A DNA stretch of 64,000 bases. It comes from Eledone cirrhosa. Taxonomy: Eukaryota. Positions 1 through 13,214 of this stretch are shown one piece after another. The notes beneath the pieces were generated by a model. It ran no database searches. It saw only the letters and a list, made by a program, of their open reading frames with translations, and was not told where the DNA came from. Numbering within the stretch: the first letter of the stretch is position 1; each line of letters begins with the position of its first letter. The translations under genes and the position numbers were made by a program. The stretch is from positions 364,808,001 through 364,872,000 of the forward strand of contig OZ024743.1 in assembly GCA_964016885.1 (NCBI GenBank), given 5' to 3'.

Positions 1-181
1 TCATACATACACACACACATATACACATATATATGTGTATATAAATACACACATACACATACATATACACATACATACGCAGATAAATATCAACACATCC
101 ATACATACACATACATATATATACAACCACATATATACACACATATATATATAGAAACATAAATATATATATATATATATA

Positions 182-647
182 TGGAAAGTTATATTTAAAA
201 TTGTTGGGTTACAACTAGTAAATATTTATAACTGATATAAAAGCACTCGACAAATATTTGGAGTATATTTACAATATTAAATAAATGGAAACTATATTTA
301 TAAAACCATATTTATTTCATTATATATATTTCGGGGATATCATATTAACAATATGCTATGCCTTCCTCAGACAAAATACAATATAAACAGTTTTATAGAT
401 AAATAGATTCGACATACCGTAACAACACCGACTTGCATTTGGAGAGGTTGAGCTGGCAGCTGACTGCCAGCTCAACCTCTCCAAATGCAAGTCGGTGTTG
501 TTACGGTATGTCGAATCTATTTATCTATAAAACTGTTTATATTGTATTTTGTCTGAGGAAGGCATAGCATATTGTTAATATGATATCCCCGAAATATATA
601 TAATGAAATAAATATGGTTTTATAAATATAGTTTCCATTTATTTAAT

Positions 648-653
<6 letters not shown>
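182..653. mobile_element. PLE-type terminal fragment with 190-bp fold-back palindrome, between (TA)n tracts
   Basis: 270-459 is the exact reverse complement of 464-653 (loop CTGA); contains an HHR fold in each arm; homologous to 13013-13200. Confidence 0.7.
545..610 (+). ncRNA. type I hammerhead ribozyme (mirror copy 313-378 on minus)
   Basis: TATTTTGT-CTGAGGA-[imperfect stem II]-GAAA-TATATA-TA-ATGAAATA; stem I pairs with two G.U; palindromic stem III as in PLE HHRs. Confidence 0.65.
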
Positions 654-1468
<815 letters not shown>

Positions 1469-1560
1469 CTCAATCTTAGATAATTCATAAGAACCTTATA
1501 TAACTCCAAAATATACATATACATATATATAGTAATGTAATAAACAACATAAGACAATTA

Positions 1561-1621
1561 TTCCATTCACCAGTGGTTTCTTAAAAGCAAAAAAATGTTG
1601 CCTTCAATCATCAGAATGAAA
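1561..1621 (-). ncRNA. hammerhead ribozyme fold downstream of PLE endonuclease
   Basis: minus: TTTCATT-CTGATGA-TTGAAGGCA..TGCTTTTAA-GAAA-CCACTGG-TG-AATGGAA; all three stems pair; cleavage-site base is G, so likely inactive. Confidence 0.7.
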
Positions 1622-1653
1622 AAAACCTGGTCTATCTACATATATATATATAT

Positions 1654-1716
<63 letters not shown>

Positions 1717-1901
1717 TACACATACATACACATACATTTTGGTATGTGAAGAGTAAGGCAAAAAAATATATGGGGGGGGAAAGGAGACATAGGAAAAGGT
1801 GAAATATAAGGGGAGATAAGGGAGAAAAAGAATACAAGGGTACAGAACGTGGATTCAGTAAATAAAAAAACCGTAGTAGAAGTAAAGAGCAGAGAAGGAG
1901 T

Positions 1902-2392
1902 TCAAGGCGGTTGATTTATCATAGGAGTGTCAATCCAGTTACAGATCAGATGTGATTTCAGATGAGGACAACATCTGAAGATCTCGGTCTTTGAGTTTAG
2001 GCAAGCAGAAGTGGCTCTCAAGTTTAGCAAAATCCTATATTTTTCAGTGGTACACAAAGAACAATTCTTTGTGCCCCTTTGGTACTCCCTCGAATGGTCT
2101 AAGATAGACCAATCGATAGAGTACGGGATGTTACTATCCTTGAATTCCCACACCTTACTTGCGAGGGCCGTTGATGTTCGTTTATCGGAGTGCTTAAAAG
2201 AAGCGACATGTGAGTAAAATCTGGTTTTAAACCTGTCCTGGGTCATGCCGACATATCGCTCACACATGGCTGGCTATTTGTTGATTACCGGTGTTATTCT
2301 AGCCTCATAAACAACAGATTTGGTGTTACATTTACCCTGCAATGGGCATTCATCCGGCTTCCTGCAACTGCATCCTGGATTTGTTCTCGTAT
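1902..2392 (-). pseudogene. Penelope-like element C-terminal GIY-YIG endonuclease fragment (Naiad-like)
   Basis: CSCRKPDECPLQGKC..VVYEA..(in-frame TAG at 2274-2276)..YVGMT..FKTRFYSH..W.I..CSLCTTEK..LNSKTE..CPH; ORFs 2274-2465 and 1902-2267 are the same frame. Confidence 0.8.
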
Positions 2393-2429
<37 letters not shown>

Positions 2430-2431
<2 letters not shown>

Positions 2432-2603
2432 CGAAGGAAATGTGGTAAGGAACCAGGTGGACCATAACGCACCAAAGTACTCAATACTTGAGGTAGTAGA
2501 GTGGGTAATAGGAACCAGTAAGACCCCGACAGCTGAGCTCAAGCCGTTTCGACGAATTAGCCGTCGAAACGGCTTGAGCTCAGCTGTCGGGGTCTTACTG
2601 GTT

Positions 2604-2608
<5 letters not shown>
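2430..2608 (-). mobile_element. non-autonomous hairpin element (PLE-type end), copy 1 of 3
   Basis: 47-bp arms 2508-2554/2562-2608 plus about 80-bp unique tail; (TA)n on both sides; near-identical to 43049-43243 and 49835-50052. Confidence 0.85.
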
Positions 2609-2698
<90 letters not shown>

Positions 2699-3149
2699 GT
2701 TTACATAGTTAATAACACAGCCATATAAATGCAAAAGGTAATTCAAAGCGCAAATGTGTTTGTATAGTCCTCAGCAAGATAGGTAAAAGACAGTTTAGAG
2801 TTTAATCAAATCGGTAAATTTCCAATTCAGAACATATATATAAATGAATAAAACTAACCATGATTAAATTACATTAAATTATTTAATTGATTTACGAACG
2901 TTTCAATGAATATAACAGGAATATTCATTTCTTCTGTATTGGTCTCTTCAGAGTCTATTAAACAACATAAATAACTTAAATATTTACCAAATACATGTCT
3001 GGATATTGTATTTTTAATTTGTTTACGTTTTCGGAATTGAGATATTCGGATATGTGTTTGGTAAATATTCATGTTATGTTGTTTAATAGACTTGGTAACG
3101 CCGTCGCCTGGCTGACGACATAAATATGATTCGATTCCTTTTTGTCAAT

Positions 3150-3480
3150 GCAAGCAGTTACGAAATTTGTTCTGCAATCACGAGGGTCCGGTCCTGTCGC
3201 ATGGCTTCTTGGATGAATGTCTTTTGCCATAGCCCCATAACGACCCGAGCCTTATGAATGAAATGTGGCTAGACAGAAACTACGTGGAAGCCCATCGAAT
3301 GCGCTGTACCTGTGGTTCAAAGGTCCAGCCTTGTCATATGTTGTATCAATCTGATTCGGCATGGGAATTATGTTAAGGGTACAAGAGTCTGTGGTATACT
3401 CAGCTAAGCTAATTTAACCAGTAAATATTTCAGTTGATCATACAACTGAATGTTCATTAACGAAGGATTCATCATGAGCA
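3150..3480 (+). mobile_element. degenerate tRNA-derived SINE, family 2
   Basis: shares the motif ..TATAGCCTCG..CGACCCAAGCCTT..GAAATT..TAGACAGAAAC.. with 16920-17060(-), 17110-17450(-), 39900-40200(+), 41650-41740(+). Confidence 0.55.
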
Positions 3481-6364
3481 CTTACATCATAAGTATAAGT
3501 GAATAAGAATCAAAACTAAACTGAGACCCCCCACTCCCTATATTTATCATGATCCTTTTCATGGTCTCGGAGACTGGTGAGATAAAGAAGGAGAATTATC
3601 TTAATACTGGTGAACTAACCCGAATGTTTGCAACAAAGTATAATTCGTTAAAAGTATCATAAGCTAGATGATTGTTTTATACCAGGCTTCTAGTTAAGTC
3701 TGTTATGCACTTATTCCACGGTGTAATTATTTCCAATAACATAGATTCAGATGTATATATGGGGACATTTTATTATGTAATAGCTTCCAAGGTACCAATA
3801 TAGCGTGAGTTATGATTAAATAGACTCATTGATATCCATTAGTATTTAGTCTCGTCAAAATTCTAAAATCTTTAGAGCGTAGTTCAAAAGCATTTGTTGT
3901 GACTCTCTACGCTCTGAGTTCAAGTCCTTCTTTAATCAATTTTATCTCTTATCCTCTCGAGATCGATAAGATATAGTACGAGCCTAGAGAGGTGAAATTG
4001 TGGGAGCGTGAAACGAGATACCTGAGATATTTGTTCCGACATTTTAAGTGGTTGACTTAATCCGTCATGCAGTTTAACACTGTTATCTGCTCCTTGGGTA
4101 AATTTAGTTATATCTACTCTGTTGCAAGCATTTAGGTTAGACTTTATCTTTCTTTACATACTTCTTTACGTCCACAAATCTCGGAAGTCCTGAGAAAATA
4201 AAAATCATGAGCGCTTCCTTTCTTACTGTGACTAAACTGTAAAATATATATCTCACTGTGAAATTGGGTCCCACATATGGAAATCATTCTATATATTTGT
4301 TCATAACCATGGAGTGTTTGTTTACATTATGTGAATGAGCTATGTCTGAAATAATTTATGTAAACGTTTTAATAGACAGTCTTGCGTTACTTTATGTTTT
4401 GAGATGGAGATGTGAGCAAATGTCAATAGGTTGTTAAATAACTTGGAAACCATTCGGGTCAATCCTCATTCCAAGCTACCGAAAGGGGTAAAATCAGGAG
4501 TTTGAGGAGTCTGAAACACAAACATGGTAATTATATCCCAAAGAATTTGTAGATGTTAATGCGTGTAGTTCTGGTAAGGTAACGACAAATCTGACGCTTT
4601 CGATAAAGGTCCTTCGACGGAGTGCTGAAAAGGCCCTCGTGGGGCTTGATTTCACAGTAAAACAAAATACATCAGACTATGACTCCGTATATTTATTTAT
4701 TAAGTGATTGTGACAGAAAATTCTTTCAGCCAAGATTCGAACCGCGTTTACGCCCTAAAATTACCAGGAACGTCTATACAAGGGCTTTCGGTGCAGTGAA
4801 TCTAGACATAAGGGCGTAAGTAACTGTCTGAAATATATTATTTATTTTTTATATATATATATCTTCCTTTAAAAGGATGCTAATTTATTTTTGTTGCTTT
4901 TTTTCTAAATAATTTGTTTACTATTGTTTCCTGTTAAAGGTTAACTGTACTAAAGGTGTTTGCCAAGGGGTTAACTTTTGAGTTGACATGAAATTCCTAG
5001 CGCTACTCTTGTTTAAGTGTTAAAATCAGTTTAAGCTGAATAAGTAAATGCACTTGACAAGATACTTATTGACACCAGAGCAGATGTTAGAGGGAGAGAG
5101 GGCATCACTTCAGAATTATCACCGTTCCATGAACTATTTATGTAGGCTAAAAGGCTGAGAAATGTAATGCTGAAAAATAAAAATAATAAATATTAGGTTC
5201 CAACTATCTTTAGTATATATTTTTTCTCTTACCTTCTAATGTATAAAATAACATCGGTTTCGCAACATATCATAATGCCAAAGTGTTTTGCCCAATTGGT
5301 TTTCATTTGCCTTTTCTCTCCAGGTAGGGGCCTAACACATTTAAAAGAATGAAAATGAGGCAGTAGAGTTCATCCATCCGTCCGTTCTTCCATAGTCCCT
5401 GAATTCCTGAGATCGTTGTAAGGTTGTTCTAGTGACATACGAGGTGTCTAGGGCATTTAAACCTGACGGAGCTCATCCCTCTCCAAGGCTGAACATAGCC
5501 GATTACTTAAAGGGAAGGAGAGAGGGGTGTATGAAGAATTGATTCCAGAACTGCATTTAAACTTTATTTATCGGACTCGAATGGATGAAAGAGAAAGAGG
5601 ACCACAGATGAATTTCATTTCAAGGCACAGGGAGCCAGAACTAATACCGCAAAACGTTGCCCGACTCTCTAACGACACTGCCAATTTGCCACCAAAAGCT
5701 CTCTTTCTACTTCAAATGTCTACAAACGAGGGACCTGCATTAGTCTCTTTCAACAGAGCAAAGAGACATAGTGAGTTAGATATATATCTCAACTTTAGTA
5801 GTTATTATCAATACCGAAAATCAGTCGAAACTATTAAAGAGAGTAAATAACATGATTGATAATAACAGCCGGTCTCTTTCCTTGACCGACGCAAGGATTT
5901 CAATCACACAATACTATGTGCTTGTCTATCTGGAGTACACTGTAAATAGTCATTTAAAGAGTATTGTATAACTCCTCTTTTTCACCACCACAGTTCATCA
6001 TGGTACAGGCGTAAACACTGAACAAGGTAGCATAGCATCGTTTATTTTCCGACGGTAACTCTCAAACACATAATCTCGTTATTGATAATAGTTGGTTTTT
6101 AGTCTAATTTAGATTTGTTTATGACCAAAGCAATAGCAGACATGCACTTCGTCTCTGATGGTTTCCCACTCCAAAAGAATGTATCTTACCAGCTCCAATG
6201 GTACCAGTGTGCTACGCCTCTCTCCCCATTTTTCTCTTTTCTTTCTTTTGTGTCGTTTTAAAAGTTAAATAGATAAAATAAAGACTCAATTTCTTTCGAT
6301 GCTGTCCGACCGATATACATTCACTTGTTGACATTATGTTTAGTTCTATTTCTCCCGTAGTAGT

Positions 6365-6394
6365 GAGGATGATGATGATGATGATGATGATGAC

Positions 6395-6453
<59 letters not shown>

Positions 6454-6489
6454 CGATGATGACGGTGATGATGATGATGGTGGTGGTGG

Positions 6490-6525
<36 letters not shown>

Positions 6526-6531
6526 GGTTGG

Positions 6532-6571
<40 letters not shown>
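6365..6571. repeat. (GAT)n microsatellite
   Basis: direct inspection. Confidence 0.95.
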
Positions 6572-6572
<1 letters not shown>

Positions 6573-8140
6573 CCTTCCCCACCACCATCTTCCCCAACAC
6601 CATCTTCCCCATCACCATCTTACCCATCACCATCTTCCCCATCACCATCTTCCCCATCACCATCTTCTCCATCACCATCTTCTCCTTCACCACCTCTCCC
6701 ATCACCATCTTCCCCATCATCATCTTCCCCATCACCATCTTCTCCACCATCTTCTCCATCACCATCTTCCCCATCACCATCTTCCCCACCACCATCTTCC
6801 CCATCACCATCTTCCCCACCACCATCTTCCCCTTCACCATCTTCCCCATCACCATCTTCCCCACCACCATCTTCCCCTTCACCATCTTCCCCATCACCAT
6901 CTTCCCCACCACCATCTTCCCCATCACCATCTTCCCCACCACCATCTTCCCCATCACCATCTTCCCCACCACCATCTTCCCCATCACCATCTTCCCCATC
7001 ACCATCTTCCCCATCACCATCTTCCCCATCACCATCTTCTCCATCTTCCCCATCACCATCTTCCCCATCACCACCTTCCCCATCACCATCTTCCCCTTCA
7101 CCATCTTCCCCATCACCATCTTCTCCATCACCATCTTCCCCATCACCATCTTCCCTATCACCATCTTCCCCATCACCATCTTCCCCACCATCATCTTCCT
7201 CATCACCATCTTCCCCTTCACCATCTTCCCCATCACCATCTTCTCCATCACCATCTTCCCCATCACCATCTTCCCCATCACCATCTTCCCCATCACCATC
7301 TTCCCCATCACCATCTTCTCCATCTTCCCCATCACCATCTTCTCCATCACCATCTTCCCCATCACCATCTTCCCCATCACCATCTCCCCCATCACCATCT
7401 TCCCCACCATCATCTTCCCCATCACCATCTTCCCCTTCACCATCTTCCCCATCACCATCTTCTCCATCACCATCTTCCCCATCACCATCTTCCCCACCAC
7501 CATTTTCCCCACCACCATCTTCCCCATCACCATCTTCCCCACCACCATCTTCCCCATCACCATCTTCCCCATCACCATCTTCCCCATCACCATCTTCCCC
7601 ACCACCATTTTCCCCACCACCATCTTCCCCATCACCATCTTCCCCATCACCATCTTCCCCATCACCATCTCCCCCATCACCATCTTCTCCATCACCATCT
7701 TCCCCATCACCATCTTCCCCATCACCATCTTCCCCATCACCATCTTCCCCATCACCATCTTCTCCATCTTCCCCATCACCATCTTCTCCATCACCATCTT
7801 CCCCATCACCATCTTCCCCATCACCATCTCCCCCATCACCATCTTCCCCACCATCATCTTCCCCATCACCATCTTCCCCTTCACCATCTTCCCCATCACC
7901 ATCTTCTCCATCACCATCTTCCCCATCACCATCTTCCCTATCACCATCTTCCCCATCACCATCTTCCCCACCACCATCTTCCCCATCACCATCTTCCCCA
8001 TCACCATCTTCCCCATCACCATCTTCCCCACCACCATTTTCCCCACCACCATCTTCCCCATCACCATCTTCCCCATCACCATCTTCCCCATCACCATCTC
8101 CCCCATCACCATCTCCCCCATCACCATCTCCCCCATCACT
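6572..8140. repeat. 15-bp minisatellite (CCATCACCATCTTCC)n
   Basis: about 1.57 kb with SPSSP periodicity in translation; variant blocks are re-duplicated. Confidence 0.95.
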
Positions 8141-8250
8141 ATCACTAACATCACCTGTCTACCTATCATTTACCCCCATCAACACCACTACCAATACAAC
8201 TACGTTCTTGTTATATCCTTTCACATCCAGGCCATCTTAATGTTTCTTTC

Positions 8251-9589
8251 GTTCTATGGTTATTAAGTAGCATTTAGGTTAAAGTAGTTCGATGGCTATT
8301 AAGTAGCATATAGGTTAAAGTAGTTCGATGGCTATTAAGTAGCATATAGGTTAAAGTAGTTCGATGGCTATTAAGTAGCATATAGGTTAAAGTAGTTCGA
8401 TGGCTATTAAGTAGCATATAGGTTAAAGTAGTTCGATGGCTATTAAGTAGCATATAGGTTAAAATAGTTCGATGGCTATTAAGTAGCATATAGGTTAAAG
8501 TAGTTCGATGGCTATTAAGTAGCATATAGGTTAAAGTAGTTCGATGGCTATTAAGTAGCATATAGGTTAAAGTAGTTCGATGGCTATTAAGTAGCATATA
8601 GGTTAAAGTAGTTCGATGGCTATTAAGTAGCATATAGGTTAAAGTAGTTCGATGGCTATTAAGTAGCATATAGGTTAAAGTAGTTCGATGGCTATTAAGT
8701 AGCATATAGGTTAAAGTAGTTCGATGGCTATTAAGTAGCATATAGGTTAAAATAGTTCGATGGCTATTAAGTAGCATATAGGTTACAATAGTTCGATGGC
8801 TATTAAGTAGCATATAGGTTAAAGTAGTTAGATGGCTATTAAGTAGCATATAGGTTAAAGTAGTTCGATGGCTATTAAGTAGCATATAGGTTAAAGTAGT
8901 TCGATGGCTATTAAGTAGCATATAGGTTAAAATAGTTCGATGGCTATTAAGTAGCATATAGGTTAAAGTAGTTCGATGGCTATTAAGTAGCATATAGGTT
9001 AAAATAGTTCGATGGCTATTAAGTAGCATATAGGTTAAAATAGTTCAATGGCTATTAAGTAGCATATAGGTTTAAATAGTTCGATGGCTATTAAGTAGCA
9101 TATAGGTTAAAGTAGTTCGATGGCTATTAAGTAGCATATAGGTTAAAATAGTTCGATGGCTATTAAGTAGCATATAGGTTAAAATAGTTCAATGGCTATT
9201 AAGTAGCATATAGGTTAAAATAGTTCGATGGCTATTAAGTAGCATATAGGTTAAAGTAGTTCGATGGCTATTAAGTAGCATATAGGTTAAAATAGTTCGA
9301 TGGCTATTAAGTAGCATATAGGTTAAAGTAGTTCGATGGCTATTAAGTAGCATATAGGTTTAAATAGTTCGATGGCTATTAAGTAGCATATAGGTTAAAA
9401 TAGTTCGATGGCTATTAAGTAGCATATAGGTTAAAATAGTTCGATGGCTATTAAGTAGCATATAGGTTAAAATAGTTCGATGGCTATTAAGTAGCATATA
9501 GGTTAAAATAGTTCGATGGCTATTAAGTAGCATATAGGTTAAAATAGTTCGATGGCTATTAAGTAGCATATAGGTTAAAATAGTTCGAT
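8251..9589. repeat. 36-bp minisatellite, about 37 copies
   Basis: unit AAA(G/A)TAGTTCGATGGCTATTAAGTAGCATATAGGTT head-to-tail, no spacers. Confidence 0.95.
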
Positions 9590-9786
9590 AAACTAGACTA
9601 AAACTATTGAGAACTGTATCCCAGTGTAGCATCAGTCATTAACCTGAAACTACTGTAAGAGTAAAACTTGTACAACAATTCTTCCACCAACCAATCACTT
9701 GTTACTCTCATCCATACCAGTGTTTAAGTTTCTTTGGTTATTTTTGGCACCCTCTGGAGCATTGGGCGATAAGAGATATCCATCCT

Positions 9787-9963
9787 GCACAGTCGCTTGT
9801 CCCGAGCCTGCTCCAAGTTCAGAGCCATATCTGCAAAGTCTTACTCCACAGACCTCAACCAGATCTTGCCAGATCCAGCACAGTCGCTTGTCCCGAGCCT
9901 GCTCCAAGTTCAGAGCCATATCTGCAAAGTCTTACTCCACAAACCTCAACCAGATCTTGCCAG
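9787..9963. repeat. 91-bp tandem duplication
   Basis: GCACAGTCGCTTGTCCCGAGCC..CCAGATCTTGCCAG at 9787 and 9878. Confidence 0.9.
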
Positions 9964-10312
9964 GTTTGCCTTGCCATCTACGCCCCTCATTTTTTTCTGA
10001 TTTCGACGCGACATGAGATAAACTCTCACTGGTCTTCAAATTTTACTTATCCATAATTATTTTCATAGGTAAATCTCTTCCTAACTATCTGAACATGAAG
10101 TAAATTCAATTCTGTCCTTTATTTCTTGTACAACAATACCTGTGTCATTTTGCTGTGTTCTTCTGCACGAAATGGCTCCGATGTCAGCCAATAGTTTACT
10201 GAGAGATTTTCTCGGCTTAATTATGATCCTGCCTGATAAAAGCCGATAAATTTTGTAGCGATTTAAGGAATTAAGAAATAGCAGATATGAAAGAAGAAAA
10301 AATAAGATAGGG

Positions 10313-10435
<123 letters not shown>

Positions 10436-10738
10436 CTTAAAACAGTAAAGGTTAAGACAGAAAAAAAGAAGAGAGTTGACGAAACGAAGAGAACAGAAAC
10501 AGAAGAAAGAAAGAAAAAGTGCATTAAAATAATGGAACAAAAGAGGAATAAATACGGAATAAAAGGCAAAAGAAAAGAAGGTTAGAATAAAAGAAATAGA
10601 TGGTGATAGATCTTCCTTTCGTTTCCATGTATATATCTACCTATCTTTCTATCTTTCTATATTTCTATTTATCTATTAAAGCTATTTTATCTATCTTATC
10701 TTTGTCTATTTATCTATTTACATACATACATACATACA

Positions 10739-11346
10739 TGGTGGCTGCCAACTCGTTTTCGAGTACGGCCACTACTTTATATCCATGTAGGAGAACCCCT
10801 ACCGATGCGCTGAACGAGTGTGACTTTTTAGTCCAGCCAGCGACTTGAAAACTCTGGTACAAACACTACACTTGTGACAATTATTGACACATAGTGCTGG
10901 GCCCATGGTACCATGTGACGACAAGTGCAGAGAGATCTCCAGATATAAAGCAATGCCTGTGCCGTGAAGCTTTTATAGTGAGCAAAGGCACTGCACAAAG
11001 CCAGTCCCACTCTCTTAACCAAGATGATATTTACCAAAAAGAAGAACAAGTCAACATCATTGGATACCATCAGGGTTGCAGGTGTTATATCAGAGTTTTC
11101 CTTCTCCTAGAATTCTGCCTTGACAAAGGCTAAGGGGTCATCTCTCCCGGTGATTTTGGATGGCCATTGACTCTTAAGAGCTCCTTTGCCCTTTGACAGG
11201 TTTTGTTTTTAGTCCTGCAGGATGTCCAAAGTCACCCTCCTCACCAAGAAACCTTGGTGGGGTTGCCAGTTTAGTCGCCAACGACCCGACCATGAGACAG
11301 GTTGTACTGGGATACATGTTACCAGTAGCACCAACTGGTGACCTGA
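10739..11346 (-). mobile_element. non-autonomous RTE derivative (5'UTR + last C2H2 finger + 3' end), subfamily B
   Basis: RTE-type 5'UTR motif CTAGGAGAAGGAAAACTCTGA; encodes HKCSVCTRVFKSLAGLKSHTRSAHR*, matching the LINE C-terminus; (TACA)n on both sides. Confidence 0.85.
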
Positions 11347-11392
11347 CATACATACATACATACATACATACATACATACATACATACATACA

Positions 11393-11423
<31 letters not shown>

Positions 11424-11447
11424 CTATCTACCTGCATACATATATAA

Positions 11448-11482
<35 letters not shown>

Positions 11483-12335
11483 GCTAGCTATCTCTCTAGT
11501 CCTTAGAAATTATTTCTTTTACTTCTTAATCCATTTTAATCATTCGCTTATTCTTTCTTTATTTATTTGTTTCTTTCTTTGTGTTTGTTCACTTGTTTCG
11601 TTCTTGTTAGTATTTTAAATCACTACAAAATTGATCAGCTTTTATTGGGGGGAGGGGGTGAATGGGGGAGGAGGAGGAGAAGAAGAAGAAGAAGAAGAAG
11701 AAGAAGAAGAAGAAGAAGAAGAAGAAGAAGAAGAAGGTGGTGGTGGATGGTGATGCTAGTGGTAATCCTGCTGGTAGTGGTGGTGGTGAATGGAAAAGAG
11801 TACCAACAAAAAAAGGGGGAACGAAGTCGATTTATACGAGAGACGACGACTACAACAACAACAACAACAACAACAATAATAATAACAGCATCATCAATAC
11901 AGAACAGCAATGTTAACAACAGCAACAACAACAACGATAAAGCGGTGAAAGTATGAAAAGTATTGAGGGGGACACAATGAATGTATGGACAGACAAGCAA
12001 GCCAACAAATGCCAGAATGGTTTTCTTAGAAACTTTTATCCGCGAACGTTTGACAACAGTTCAATATGAGAGACAAATAAATAAATAGAGAAATAAAGAA
12101 ATCATTATATGAGGGACATACGACATCTAATCCTACCGATTATCAATTTCTTCCACTCTAAGCACGTCTCCAAACAGATGCATTGAAGAATGGGGAGCAT
12201 ATTTGACTAGTATTGCTTGATATTTAACTGAAACGACTTCCTTGCGACAGAGATTAAGATGGTGTGCTGGGTTTTCTTTATTTCGCAGTCAATGAAACAC
12301 AGAGCCTCCATTAGGCCTTTTAACACACACACACA

Positions 12336-12417
<82 letters not shown>

Positions 12418-12683
12418 TACATACACATACACTCACACACACATGCCCTTACACATACACACATACACACTCACACACACTCACACATACACATACATAT
12501 ACACACATACATACACATATACTCACACACACATACCCTTACACATACACACACACACACTCACTCACACACACTCACACACACACACTCACACACATAT
12601 ATATATATATACACACATACATACACATACACTCACACACACATACCCTTACACATACACACATACACACACTCACACACACT

Positions 12684-12735
<52 letters not shown>

Positions 12736-12889
12736 CACATACATACACATACATTCACACACACATACCCTTACACATAATACACACACACTCTCACACA
12801 CACACATACATATATACATATATATATACACACACATACATATACATACACTCACACACACATACACACACACACTCACACACACACAA

Positions 12890-12928
<39 letters not shown>

Positions 12929-12971
12929 CACCCACACATACATACACATACACTCACACATACCCTTACAC

Positions 12972-13002
<31 letters not shown>

Positions 13003-13085
13003 CACACATATAAAGCACTCAACAATTTAGTGGAGTAAATACACAATATATTAATAAATGGAAACTATATTTATAAAACCATATT

Positions 13086-13151
13086 TATTTTATTATATAT
13101 ATTTCAAGGGCGACCTAGGTAAATTATGGTGCGCTTTCATCAGATAAAATA
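13086..13151 (-). ncRNA. hammerhead ribozyme (same family as 545-610)
   Basis: TATTTTAT-CTGATGA-AAGCGC..CGCCCTT-GAAA-TATATA-TA-ATAAAATA; perfect 8-bp stem I. Confidence 0.7.
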
Positions 13152-13214
13152 CAGATTTGCTTTATAAATAAATATTGACATACCCGGAAAAAAGACAACC
13201 TCAACGGTTGAAAT

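Noticed and set aside
5527-5850. 107-aa ORF
   Set aside because: Overlaps a degenerate minus-strand SINE (about 5580-5695); no recognisable motif
6336-8240. 634-aa extensin-like and 607-aa antisense ORFs
   Set aside because: Products of (GAT)n and a 15-bp minisatellite; both strands open; no unique domains
8251-9589. 36-bp repeats resembling a CRISPR array or a repeat protein
   Set aside because: No spacers, no cas genes, eukaryotic context; the ORF is an artefact of unit length divisible by three
11200-11346. twister ribozyme in RTE 5'UTR (GAGGAGGG motif)
   Set aside because: Required pseudoknot partners not found; GAGGGTG pairs locally in a simple hairpin
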